Origin: Eubacteriales bacterium
GTDB taxonomy: Bacteria; Bacillota; Clostridia; Oscillospirales; CAG-272
Assembly: GCA_045531455.1 (NCBI GenBank)
Contig: JAZSEA010000075.1
Coordinates: 149,978 to 213,977, forward strand
DNA: 64,000 bases
Direction of reading: 5' to 3'
Below the pieces are notes generated by a model, which saw only the letters and a program-made list of their open reading frames with translations, was not told where the DNA came from and ran no database searches. The position numbers and the translations under genes are program-made. Shown here piece after piece: positions 40,016 through 48,043 of the stretch (the first letter of the stretch is position 1; every line of letters begins with the position of its first letter).

Positions 40016-40052
40016 CAAACTCCGACTTTTTTCGCATTTTTACGTTTTTCTC

Positions 40053-40081
40053 TTGACCGCGGGAAAAATATGTTGTATAAT
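40053..40081 (+). promoter_or_regulatory. Sigma-A-type promoter of the M23 peptidase gene
   Basis: TTGACC, a 17-nt spacer, then TATAAT. Confidence 0.6.
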
Positions 40082-40137
40082 ATATGGGAGTATAAACTTA
40101 ATTATTATTTGCCCTCGTGGCTTAAACGGAGTATTTT

Positions 40138-41802
40138 ATGAGAAACATTGATTTTAAGAAGATATTGTTAATTGCGCTCGGTCTTATCGTGCTGTTTATC
40201 CCTACTTACATTGCAATCGCTAACTACAACAGTCAGAAGCCCGATGACGTGGTCTCTTCCGTTACAACAGTTACGATCCGTGACCCCGAAGGACGCTCCT
40301 CCTCCGTAACCTCTGAAACGGATCCCAACGGTGTTATAACTATGTTCAATAATATCAACAAGAGTGGTACTCCCGTATCTTCTCTTCCCGATTCTATGGT
40401 GGGCACCGGATTTCTCCTTGTAACATATTCTACTGATGAGACAGAGCTTTCTTACAAGTATTATTTCACAACAGATTCGGCAGAATGTTACTTTGCCGAT
40501 CCCGATGGTAAGATCTATAAGATCGCAGTGCAGCAGGCTAAGGAATTCCTCGGTTCTTCTTACTCTGTATATCTTTACAAGACCGCTACACCTCCTGTGC
40601 TTACTGCATCGGGCGAAACCGTCATCTCCGCATCCGAGCTTCAGTGGTTCTATCTTGTATCCGGAGGGACTTATCAGCAGTACGAGTATACTCCCGAAGA
40701 AAATGAAGTTCTTACTTATGACGTCGGAAACAATTTCTCTTTCAATTTCAGCATTGAGCCCTCGTATGCCAACGTTAAAGTTTTCAACGGCGAAGATCTC
40801 TTGTTCGATGATACGATCGGAAACCTTGGCGCACTTCAGAATCTTGAGATAAAGAGACACACGTCCCTTGATTTCGTTATTACAGCAAATTGGGATCAGA
40901 CTTCTGAATGTGAATTCTACGGTACAGCAACCTACAGCTTTAACACAATGATCCTCGCTCCGGCTGAATTCAAGCTTGGAGAAGCAGAAATCGAACACGG
41001 TGACGTCGTTGTTCTTTCCGGCGTAAACGTAAATGATCCCTCTGCCGTACAGATCACCTTTGAACCTGCTTTGGCAAACGATTACAAACCCGTATTCTTC
41101 GCTGACGGAGAGTTCGTACACACGCTCATTCCCTTCAGCTATGACGTTTCCAACGGCGAGTACAAGATCACTGTTTCATACGGTATAACCAAGCAGAGCT
41201 TTACTCTCAACGTCAAGGAGTCGAGATACGGCTTTGATAAGGCGCCTACCAAGCACAGCGCAGCAGAGCATGTTGTTTCGACCTATTACAGCGAAGAAGA
41301 CGTCAAGGACTACGAAAAACTATATTCCGAGATCTGTGCTACAACAGAACCCTTGATGTACTTCTCAGGTGCGTTTATCAATTATGAAAACGCCGGAACT
41401 CTGACATCCAAAAAATCCACAATTAAACTCGGGTTCTCTCGTGAGCAGACCTTGGCAGACGGCAGAACTATTAAGCACGACGGTATTGATTTTGAAGTAA
41501 AGGCAGGCATCGACGTGCCCGCAATGGCAAGCGGCAAGGTTGTCTACAAGGGCAACTGCGACGTACTCGGCAACTTTGTAGTCGTTGACCACGGATACGG
41601 TCTCAAAACCTGGTACGCGCATCTCAGCGAAATCTCCGTTTCGGTAGGTGACGTTGTCAAGACATCGCAGACACTCGGTAAGACCGGAAATACTGGATTC
41701 ACCCTTGAGAACAGGTTGCATATCGAGTTCACAGTTTACGACATTCCCGTTGCTCCCTTCTCTATCTGGGATGAAGGATTGATCGTTGCAAATTTCAATT
41801 AA
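40138..41802 (+). CDS. Membrane-anchored M23-family (LytM-type) peptidase
   Basis: N-terminal TM helix. The C-terminal HDGIDF...VVDHGYGLKTWYAHLS...GNTGFT...LHIE matches the M23 zinc site. Confidence 0.85.
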   Translation: MRNIDFKKILLIALGLIVLFIPTYIAIANYNSQKPDDVVSSVTTVTIRDPEGRSSSVTSETDPNGVITMFNNINKSGTPVSSLPDSMVGTGFLLVTYSTDETELSYKYYFTTDSAECYFADPDGKIYKIAVQQAKEFLGSSYSVYLYKTATPPVLTASGETVISASELQWFYLVSGGTYQQYEYTPEENEVLTYDVGNNFSFNFSIEPSYANVKVFNGEDLLFDDTIGNLGALQNLEIKRHTSLDFVITANWDQTSECEFYGTATYSFNTMILAPAEFKLGEAEIEHGDVVVLSGVNVNDPSAVQITFEPALANDYKPVFFADGEFVHTLIPFSYDVSNGEYKITVSYGITKQSFTLNVKESRYGFDKAPTKHSAAEHVVSTYYSEEDVKDYEKLYSEICATTEPLMYFSGAFINYENAGTLTSKKSTIKLGFSREQTLADGRTIKHDGIDFEVKAGIDVPAMASGKVVYKGNCDVLGNFVVVDHGYGLKTWYAHLSEISVSVGDVVKTSQTLGKTGNTGFTLENRLHIEFTVYDIPVAPFSIWDEGLIVANFN

Positions 41803-41815
41803 TTTAATAAAAAAT

Positions 41816-41842
41816 ACCCCGATTTTTCGGGGTGTTTTTTTT
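41816..41842 (+). terminator. Rho-independent terminator after the M23 peptidase gene
   Basis: ACCCCGA-tttt-TCGGGGT hairpin followed by GTTTTTTTT. Confidence 0.85.
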
Positions 41843-41851
41843 GAAAAACTA

Positions 41852-41880
41852 TTGACAAACCGTGAATGAAGGTGTATAAT
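41852..41880 (+). promoter_or_regulatory. Sigma-A-type promoter of T-box leader 1
   Basis: TTGACA (41852-41857), a 17-nt spacer, then TATAAT (41875-41880). Confidence 0.75.
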
Positions 41881-41898
41881 ATACACAATTTAATAAAA

Positions 41899-42145
41899 GG
41901 CTTTGACGAAGACGGCAAGAAAGAATGTTTTCAGAGAGTTGGCGGTAGGTGCGAGACCAACATCAGGCTTTCGATAGCCCATCACTTCCGAGCCGGGGGA
42001 CCGAAAGTTCAACGAGTAGACTCCTCCCGTGATTACTGCGTTAAGGTATAGGGCTTGCCGGAGCCTGAAGTGCCGTCATATGACGGAATTTGAGTGGTAC
42101 CGCGAATTTGATTCGTCTCAAAGATTATTCTTTGAGACGATTTTT
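41899..42145 (+). promoter_or_regulatory. T-box riboswitch leader 1, proposed specifier AUC (Ile)
   Basis: K-turn base (GGC-UUUGAC-GAAG / CUUC-CGA-GCC), AGAGAG bulge, GGUGCGA distal loop and an AGUAGA...GCGUUA F-box. Stem III spans 42072-42085 and the T-box sequence AAUUUGAGUGGUACCGCG spans 42087-42104. The terminator hairpin at 42113-42140 is followed by UUUUU. Confidence 0.88.
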
Positions 42146-42219
42146 GTTTTATTACTCAACAATCAAAATTACAAGCACCCGGAATTGTGTTATGCCTTTG
42201 CGGCAAGAAAGGATCCATT

Positions 42220-44487
42220 ATGCAAAAGGACACACTTCAGAATCAAAAGCTTCTTGAGATCGCCAACAGAATCAAGGATATGCGCGAAATATCCGGATTT
42301 TCCGAGGAGGAAATGGCGAATCTTACACGAATCGATCTCGACGAGTACAAGAGGTACGAGGCGGGTGCAGAAGATTTCCCCTTCTCTTTTATTCACCGTT
42401 GCTCACAGGTATTCGGAATTGAGATGAACGATCTCCTCGAGGGTCGTTCCCCGAGACTCTCCTCTTATACCATTACAAGAAAAGGTATGGGTCGTGAGAC
42501 TGCACGTGAGGACGGCATAGAGATCTGTAACCTCGCGCCGAACTTTTACGGTAAAATCGCAGAGCCTTATTGGGTAAAATATGAATATTCGGAGAAGCTC
42601 CAGAATCAGCCTATAAATCTCACCACACACAGCGGACAAGAATTCGATATAGTACTCGAGGGATCTCTGAAGATCCAGGTTGGCGAGCACATAGAAGTTC
42701 TCAATGAAGGTGACAGTATCTTCTATAACAGCTCTACCCCGCACGGTATGATCGCTGTCGGCGGACGCGACTGTCTCTTCTGCGCAGTCGTTCTCCCCGG
42801 TGAAGAAACTGCTGAGCCCGAGGTTCGCAAGAGCATCGTTTCCGCCAGACAGACAGATAATCTTCTTATCAATAAATTTATCAAGACAACAGAAAACGCT
42901 GTCGGCACACTCACCGCTATAGATTTTGTTGACGAAAACAAATATAATTTCGCTTTTGATACGGTCGATGCTATTGCTGATAAGTACCCCGACAAGCTCG
43001 CAATGATCCATCTCGACCGCGATGAAAATGAAAGAAGATTCACTTTCGCGGAGATCAAGCGCGGTTCGGCTCAGGTCGCCAACTATTTCAAGTCTCTCGG
43101 AATCAAGCGCGGCGACAGAGTAATCGTCGTTCTCAAGAGACACTATCAGTTCTGGCTTACTATGCTTGCACTCCACAAGCTCGGAGCGATCGCAATTCCC
43201 GCCACCAATCAGCTAGTGTGTCACGACTTCGAGTACAGATTCAAGGCTGCCGGCGTAAGCGCAATAGTTTGCACAACCGACGGCGAAACTGCTGCTCACG
43301 CCGATGAAGCTGCTCGCGACTTCCCCGAGATCAAGAAGATCGCCGTTGGAGTCGAGCGCAAGGGTTGGCATAACTTCAATGAAGAATATCCTCTCTTCAG
43401 CAGTAAATTCCCCAGAACCGAGGACGCCCCCTGCGGAGACGATCCTATGGTTATGTTCTTCACCTCGGGAACAACCGGATATCCCAAGATCGCAACACAT
43501 TCTTATAAATATGCGCTTGGACATTTTGTTACAGCTAAATACTGGCACAATATCTCCCCCGATGGACTTCATCTTACCATTTCCGACACCGGATGGGGCA
43601 AGGCTCTTTGGGGCAAGCTTTACGGGCAGTGGATGTGTGAGGCTGCTGTATTCGTTTACGACTTCGACAGATTCGATGCTTCAAAGATCCTTCCTATGTT
43701 CGCTAAATACAACATCACTACATTCTGCGCGCCTCCTACAATGTACAGAATGTTCATCAAGGAAGATCTCTCAAAATACGACCTTTCCTCGATCAAGCAC
43801 GCTACGATAGCCGGAGAAGCCCTCAACCCCGAGGTCTTCAAGCAATTTGAGAACGCCACGGGACTCAAGCTTATGGAAGGCTTTGGTCAGACAGAGACAA
43901 CTCTTACCGTTGCAAACCTTGTCGGTATGAATCCCAAACCCGGTTCAATGGGTAAGCCTGTTCCCCTCTACGACGTTGATATTGTGTCTCCGGAAGGCGA
44001 CAGCGTTCCGGTCGGTGAAGTTGGCGAAATCGTTGTACACACCGACAAGAAGGTTCCTTGCGGTCTCTTCCTCGGTTACTACAGAGACGAGGAACAGACA
44101 AAAGAAGCTTGGCACGATGGAGTTTACCACACGGGCGACCTCGCTTGGCGAGATGAAGACGGACATTTCTGGTACGTCGGTAGAAAGGATGACGTCATCA
44201 AATCCTCCGGATACCGTATCGGCCCGTTTGAGATCGAAAACGTCATCATGGAACTTCCATACGTTCTCGAGTGCGGTGTATCCGCAGAGCCCGATGAGAT
44301 TCGCGGACAGATCGTTAAGGCAAGCATAGTTCTTACCAAGGGAACCGAGCCAACAGAAGAACTCAAGAAGGCAATTCAGTCCTACGTCAAGAGCCACACC
44401 GCTCCTTACAAGTACCCGAGAAAGATAGTATTCAGAAACGAGCTTCCCAAAACTATCAGCGGAAAGATCCAGCGTAACAAGCTCTGA
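42220..44487 (+). CDS. Three-domain fusion: XRE-type HTH + cupin + AMP-forming (medium/short-chain type) acyl-CoA synthetase, paralog 1
   Basis: Start at MQKDTL (ATG at 42220, AAAGGA RBS). HTH in residues ~10-70, cupin (GDSIFYNSSTPHGM) and adenylate-forming motifs FFTSGTTGYPK, GFGQTETT, YHTGDLAWRDEDGHFWYVGRKDDVIKSSGYRIGPFEIE and PKTISGKIQR. Confidence 0.88.
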   Translation: MQKDTLQNQKLLEIANRIKDMREISGFSEEEMANLTRIDLDEYKRYEAGAEDFPFSFIHRCSQVFGIEMNDLLEGRSPRLSSYTITRKGMGRETAREDGIEICNLAPNFYGKIAEPYWVKYEYSEKLQNQPINLTTHSGQEFDIVLEGSLKIQVGEHIEVLNEGDSIFYNSSTPHGMIAVGGRDCLFCAVVLPGEETAEPEVRKSIVSARQTDNLLINKFIKTTENAVGTLTAIDFVDENKYNFAFDTVDAIADKYPDKLAMIHLDRDENERRFTFAEIKRGSAQVANYFKSLGIKRGDRVIVVLKRHYQFWLTMLALHKLGAIAIPATNQLVCHDFEYRFKAAGVSAIVCTTDGETAAHADEAARDFPEIKKIAVGVERKGWHNFNEEYPLFSSKFPRTEDAPCGDDPMVMFFTSGTTGYPKIATHSYKYALGHFVTAKYWHNISPDGLHLTISDTGWGKALWGKLYGQWMCEAAVFVYDFDRFDASKILPMFAKYNITTFCAPPTMYRMFIKEDLSKYDLSSIKHATIAGEALNPEVFKQFENATGLKLMEGFGQTETTLTVANLVGMNPKPGSMGKPVPLYDVDIVSPEGDSVPVGEVGEIVVHTDKKVPCGLFLGYYRDEEQTKEAWHDGVYHTGDLAWRDEDGHFWYVGRKDDVIKSSGYRIGPFEIENVIMELPYVLECGVSAEPDEIRGQIVKASIVLTKGTEPTEELKKAIQSYVKSHTAPYKYPRKIVFRNELPKTISGKIQRNKL

Positions 44488-44530
44488 TTCACTATATTTG
44501 TGAACACTTTGTGAATTATCCAAAAACTCC

Positions 44531-44559
44531 TTGACAACACAAGTAATTTGTGATATTAT
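44531..44559 (+). promoter_or_regulatory. Sigma-A-type promoter of T-box leader 2
   Basis: TTGACA (44531-44536), a 17-nt spacer, then TGaTATTAT (extended -10, 44551-44559). Confidence 0.72.
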
Positions 44560-44581
44560 TTATTTATATTTTTTAATAAAA

Positions 44582-44836
44582 GGCAATGATAGGGATGTCT
44601 CGATAATAGCCTGCTTCAGAGAGCCGTCGTTTGGTGCGAGACGGTGCAAAAAAATCGAGTTCGTCGCCCTGGAGCCGAGGAAAGGAAAGCTGATCTTTCA
44701 GTCGTAGAGTTCCTCCGTAAAGACTGCGTTAATGTCATAACAAGCGGCGCACACGCGCAATTTGAGTGGTACCGCGGGTATAGAATTCAAGTTCTGCTCG
44801 TCTCAAGATCTATTCTTGGGACGAGCCTGTTTTTTT
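44582..44836 (+). promoter_or_regulatory. T-box riboswitch leader 2, proposed specifier GUC (Val)
   Basis: K-turn base (GGC-AAUGAU-AGGG / CCCU-GGA-GCC), CUCGAU/AUCGAG helix, AGAGAG bulge, GGUGCGA distal loop and a GCGUUA F-box. The T-box sequence CAAUUUGAGUGGUACCGCG spans 44758-44776. The terminator at 44796-44826 is followed by UUUUUUU. Confidence 0.88.
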
Positions 44837-44847
44837 GGAGGTAAATC

Positions 44848-47130
44848 ATGGATAACATTTTTGAAATAGATAAACAGATAAAAGCCATGGCGGGAAGAAT
44901 TTCTGCTTTGCGTGAGATCGAAGGCTATTCTCCCGAATATATGGCTGAGCAGACAGGAGTTTCTGTTTCTGAATATCTCGACTGCGAGTCGGGAAGATCT
45001 GATTTGACGTTTGCATTTCTGTTCAGATGTGCATCCGCGCTCGGCATCGACGTTACAGAGATCATTGAAGGTACCGCTCCCCGACTAAAATCCTATACGC
45101 TCACTCGAAAAGGTAAAGGACAGAGGATCGAGCAAGCACATGGAATGACGTACTACAACATCGCACATTCCTTCGCAAACAGGACCTCGAACCCTCTGTA
45201 CGTTCATTGCGAATATTCTGCTAAAGCAGAAAATTCACCTATCGCCGTAACAACACACGAGGGTCAGGAATGCGATATCGTTATTAAGGGTCGCCTGAAG
45301 GTTCAGGTGGGCGAGCACACAGAGATACTTGAAGAAGGCGACAGCATTTACTATGATAGCTCAACCCCCCACGGTATGATCGCCATTGGCGGTGAAGATT
45401 GCTATTTCTACGCAATAGTGCTTCTTCCCGATGAAAATTCGGAAAAGGCCGCCAACGTCACTCTTGCCGCTACCCCCGCGAAGGTCAGAGACACCGAGAC
45501 ACGAGTATACAGCAAGTTTATTACTACCGAAGAAGATGAAAACGGCGCGCCCGTTTCGATCACATATAAGGGTGAAAACAGCTTCAACTTTGCTTTCGAC
45601 GTAGTTGACACTCTCGGCAGATCAAAACCTGATAAGCTGGCAATTATGCACATAGCCGAAGACGGAACCGAAAAACGCATTACATTCTCACAAGTAAAGC
45701 GTGCTTCCGCTCAATGTGCAAATTACTTTAAATCTCTCGGCATCAAGCGCGGTGACCGTGTAATGCTCGTTCTCAAGCGCAGATATCAGTTCTGGTACGC
45801 TATGATCGGACTTCACAAGCTTGGAGCCATTGCAATTCCCGCAACTAATCAGCTTAAAGAGCATGATTACGAATACAGATTCAACACCGCAGGCGTTAAG
45901 GCAATAATTTGCGTTGATGACGATTACGTTATCGAGCAAGCGGAAGCTGCCCTTGCAAAATGCCCCGATGTATCAGTAAGAATTCTGGTTGGTAAAGAGC
46001 GCGAAGGTTGGAAAAATTTCAACGAGGAATACACACTCTTCAGCAGTCACTTTGACAGAAACGACGATTCTCCCTGCGGCGACGATCCTATGCTTATGTA
46101 TTTCACATCGGGCACATCGGGATATCCCAAGATCGCGCTTCACAATTACAAATACCCCCTCGGTCATTTCCATACCGCGAAATATTGGCATTGCGTAAAT
46201 CCCGACGGTCTGCATCTTACAATATCCGACACCGGATGGGCTAAGGCAATGTGGGGTAAGCTTTACGGTGCTTGGCTCTGCGAGGCGGCAATATTCGTAT
46301 ATGACTTCGACAGATTTGATGCATCCAAGATACTTCCCCTTTTCCGCAAGTACAATATTACCACATTCTGTGCTCCTCCTACGATGTACAGAATGATAAT
46401 CAAGGAAGACCTTTCGAAATACGATCTCAGCTCTATCGAACACGCTACGATCGCGGGCGAGGCTCTCAACCCCGAAGTATTCCGTCAGTTTGAGAAGCAA
46501 ACAGGACTCAAGATCATGGAAGGCTTCGGTCAGAGTGAGACTACTCTTGTCATCGGTAACCTTGTAGGTAAAGCTCACAAGATCGGTTCGATGGGTAAAC
46601 CCGTTCCTACTTTTGACGTTGATCTTGTTGATGCAGACGGCAATTCGGTTGGCATCGGTGACCCCGGCGAGATCGTTATCAATACTAAGAACGGTGCACC
46701 TTGCGGACTCTTCTGCCAGTACTACAACGCCCCCGAAAAGACCGCAGAGGTCTGGCACGACGGTGTTTATCACACAGGCGACCTTGCTTGGCGAGACGAA
46801 GATGGCTTCTTCTGGTACGTTGGCAGAGTTGACGACGTTATCAAGTCTTCCGGATACCGCATCGGTCCGTTCGAGATCGAAAGTGTCATTATGGAACTCC
46901 CCTACGTTCTCGAATGCGGCGTTTCTGCTGCCCCCGACGAGATTCGCGGACAGATCGTCAAGGCAAGCATAGTTCTTACAAAAGACACAGAGCCAACCGA
47001 AGAGCTCAAGAAAGATATTCAGAGCTACGTTAAAAAGCGTACAGCTCCGTATAAATATCCGAGACTCGTCGAGTTCAAGACTGAATTACCCAAAACAACA
47101 AGCGGAAAGATCATCCGCAGCAAACTATAA
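44848..47130 (+). CDS. Three-domain fusion: XRE-type HTH + cupin + AMP-forming acyl-CoA synthetase, paralog 2
   Basis: Same architecture and motifs as paralog 1 (YFTSGTSGYPK, GFGQSETT, YHTGDLAWRDEDGFFWYVGRVDDVIKSSGYRIGPFEIE, PKTTSGKIIR). GGAGG RBS. By eye, high identity to paralog 1 throughout. Confidence 0.9.
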   Translation: MDNIFEIDKQIKAMAGRISALREIEGYSPEYMAEQTGVSVSEYLDCESGRSDLTFAFLFRCASALGIDVTEIIEGTAPRLKSYTLTRKGKGQRIEQAHGMTYYNIAHSFANRTSNPLYVHCEYSAKAENSPIAVTTHEGQECDIVIKGRLKVQVGEHTEILEEGDSIYYDSSTPHGMIAIGGEDCYFYAIVLLPDENSEKAANVTLAATPAKVRDTETRVYSKFITTEEDENGAPVSITYKGENSFNFAFDVVDTLGRSKPDKLAIMHIAEDGTEKRITFSQVKRASAQCANYFKSLGIKRGDRVMLVLKRRYQFWYAMIGLHKLGAIAIPATNQLKEHDYEYRFNTAGVKAIICVDDDYVIEQAEAALAKCPDVSVRILVGKEREGWKNFNEEYTLFSSHFDRNDDSPCGDDPMLMYFTSGTSGYPKIALHNYKYPLGHFHTAKYWHCVNPDGLHLTISDTGWAKAMWGKLYGAWLCEAAIFVYDFDRFDASKILPLFRKYNITTFCAPPTMYRMIIKEDLSKYDLSSIEHATIAGEALNPEVFRQFEKQTGLKIMEGFGQSETTLVIGNLVGKAHKIGSMGKPVPTFDVDLVDADGNSVGIGDPGEIVINTKNGAPCGLFCQYYNAPEKTAEVWHDGVYHTGDLAWRDEDGFFWYVGRVDDVIKSSGYRIGPFEIESVIMELPYVLECGVSAAPDEIRGQIVKASIVLTKDTEPTEELKKDIQSYVKKRTAPYKYPRLVEFKTELPKTTSGKIIRSKL

Positions 47131-47136
47131 TTTAAC

Positions 47137-47811
47137 ATGGAAAACAAACGATTAACACTATTTGCAGGTCATTACGGAAGCGGCAAGACCAACGTCGCTC
47201 TCAATTTCGCATATCGAGTGCGTTCTATGGGATACGAAACCGTTATCGCGGATATTGACACCGTTAACCCATATTTCAGAACCAAAGACAGCGAGGCAGA
47301 ATTGAAAGCAGCGGGTATCGAGCTTATCGCATCCGAATTTGCGGGCTCAAACGTTGATCTTCCCGCCCTTCCTGCCGCGATGTACGATATAATCTTTGAT
47401 TCCGATAAGCACGCTGTCATAGATATAGGCGGCGATGACCGTGGAGCTTTTGCACTAGGACGTTACACCCCGGAAATCCTGCGAGAAAACAATTACAATA
47501 TGCTGATGGTAATCAACATGTACCGTCCGCTGACGAAGACACCCGAAGATACTATTGAGATCCTTCACGAGATCGAAGCGGCGTCGGGAATCCCGTTTAC
47601 GGGACTTGTCAACAATTCAAATCTCGGACCGTTTACCGATATGGGAACTTTGACTGATTCATTTGAATATGCCAGAACTGTCTCTGAAATGTCTGGATTA
47701 CCAATCGTTGCAACTACTTGTCCCGATTCCAATAAGTTTGAAGGTACTATTGATTTCGGTCCCGAAAACGGCACCGTTATTAAACTCAAACTACAAAAGA
47801 AAATTATATAA
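47137..47811 (+). CDS. P-loop NTPase of unknown role (MinD/ParA/CooC-like superfamily resemblance)
   Basis: N-terminal Walker A FAGHYGSGKTN and a Walker-B-like VIDIGGDD. 224 aa, 6 nt after the preceding stop. Confidence 0.6.
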   Translation: MENKRLTLFAGHYGSGKTNVALNFAYRVRSMGYETVIADIDTVNPYFRTKDSEAELKAAGIELIASEFAGSNVDLPALPAAMYDIIFDSDKHAVIDIGGDDRGAFALGRYTPEILRENNYNMLMVINMYRPLTKTPEDTIEILHEIEAASGIPFTGLVNNSNLGPFTDMGTLTDSFEYARTVSEMSGLPIVATTCPDSNKFEGTIDFGPENGTVIKLKLQKKII

Positions 47812-47823
47812 AGGAGAAAAACT

Positions 47824-48030
47824 ATGGCTAAATTAACCTTTAATATTGAAAAATGCAAGGGTTGCGGACTATGCGTTTCTGCTTGTCCCAAGCACCTGCT
47901 TATTGTATCCAAAACAAAGATCAATCAGAAGGGCCACTACGTTGCGGAGATCACAGATATGAGCTCCTGCATCGGATGCGCATTTTGTGCTACAATGTGT
48001 CCCGATTGCATAATTAAGGTTGAAAAGTAA
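47824..48030 (+). CDS. 2-oxoacid:ferredoxin oxidoreductase delta subunit (2x[4Fe-4S] ferredoxin)
   Basis: CKGCGLCVSACP and CIGCAFCATMCP motifs. 68 aa, directly upstream of the alpha subunit. Confidence 0.85.
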   Translation: MAKLTFNIEKCKGCGLCVSACPKHLLIVSKTKINQKGHYVAEITDMSSCIGCAFCATMCPDCIIKVEK

Positions 48031-48043
48031 GGAGGAAACGATT

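Noticed and set aside
40168-41121. 317-aa ORF on the minus strand inside the M23 peptidase gene. Similar long antisense ORFs occur at 42403-43176, 45973-46773, 50566-51489, 20454-21197, 8959-9855, 48059-48658 and 56862-57509.
   Set aside because: Each lies entirely within, and antisense to, a gene with clear family motifs. Their translations are low-complexity or motif-free and lack RBSs. This is typical shadow-ORF behaviour.
41899-42066. Alternative long Stem I for T-box 1, pairing GGCUU/ACGGCAAG (41899-41918) with CUUGCCG/GAGCC (42054-42066).
   Set aside because: It would enclose the Stem II S-turn and the GCGUUA F-box, which belong downstream of Stem I. The shorter model reproduces the canonical K-turn/specifier layout and parallels leader 2.
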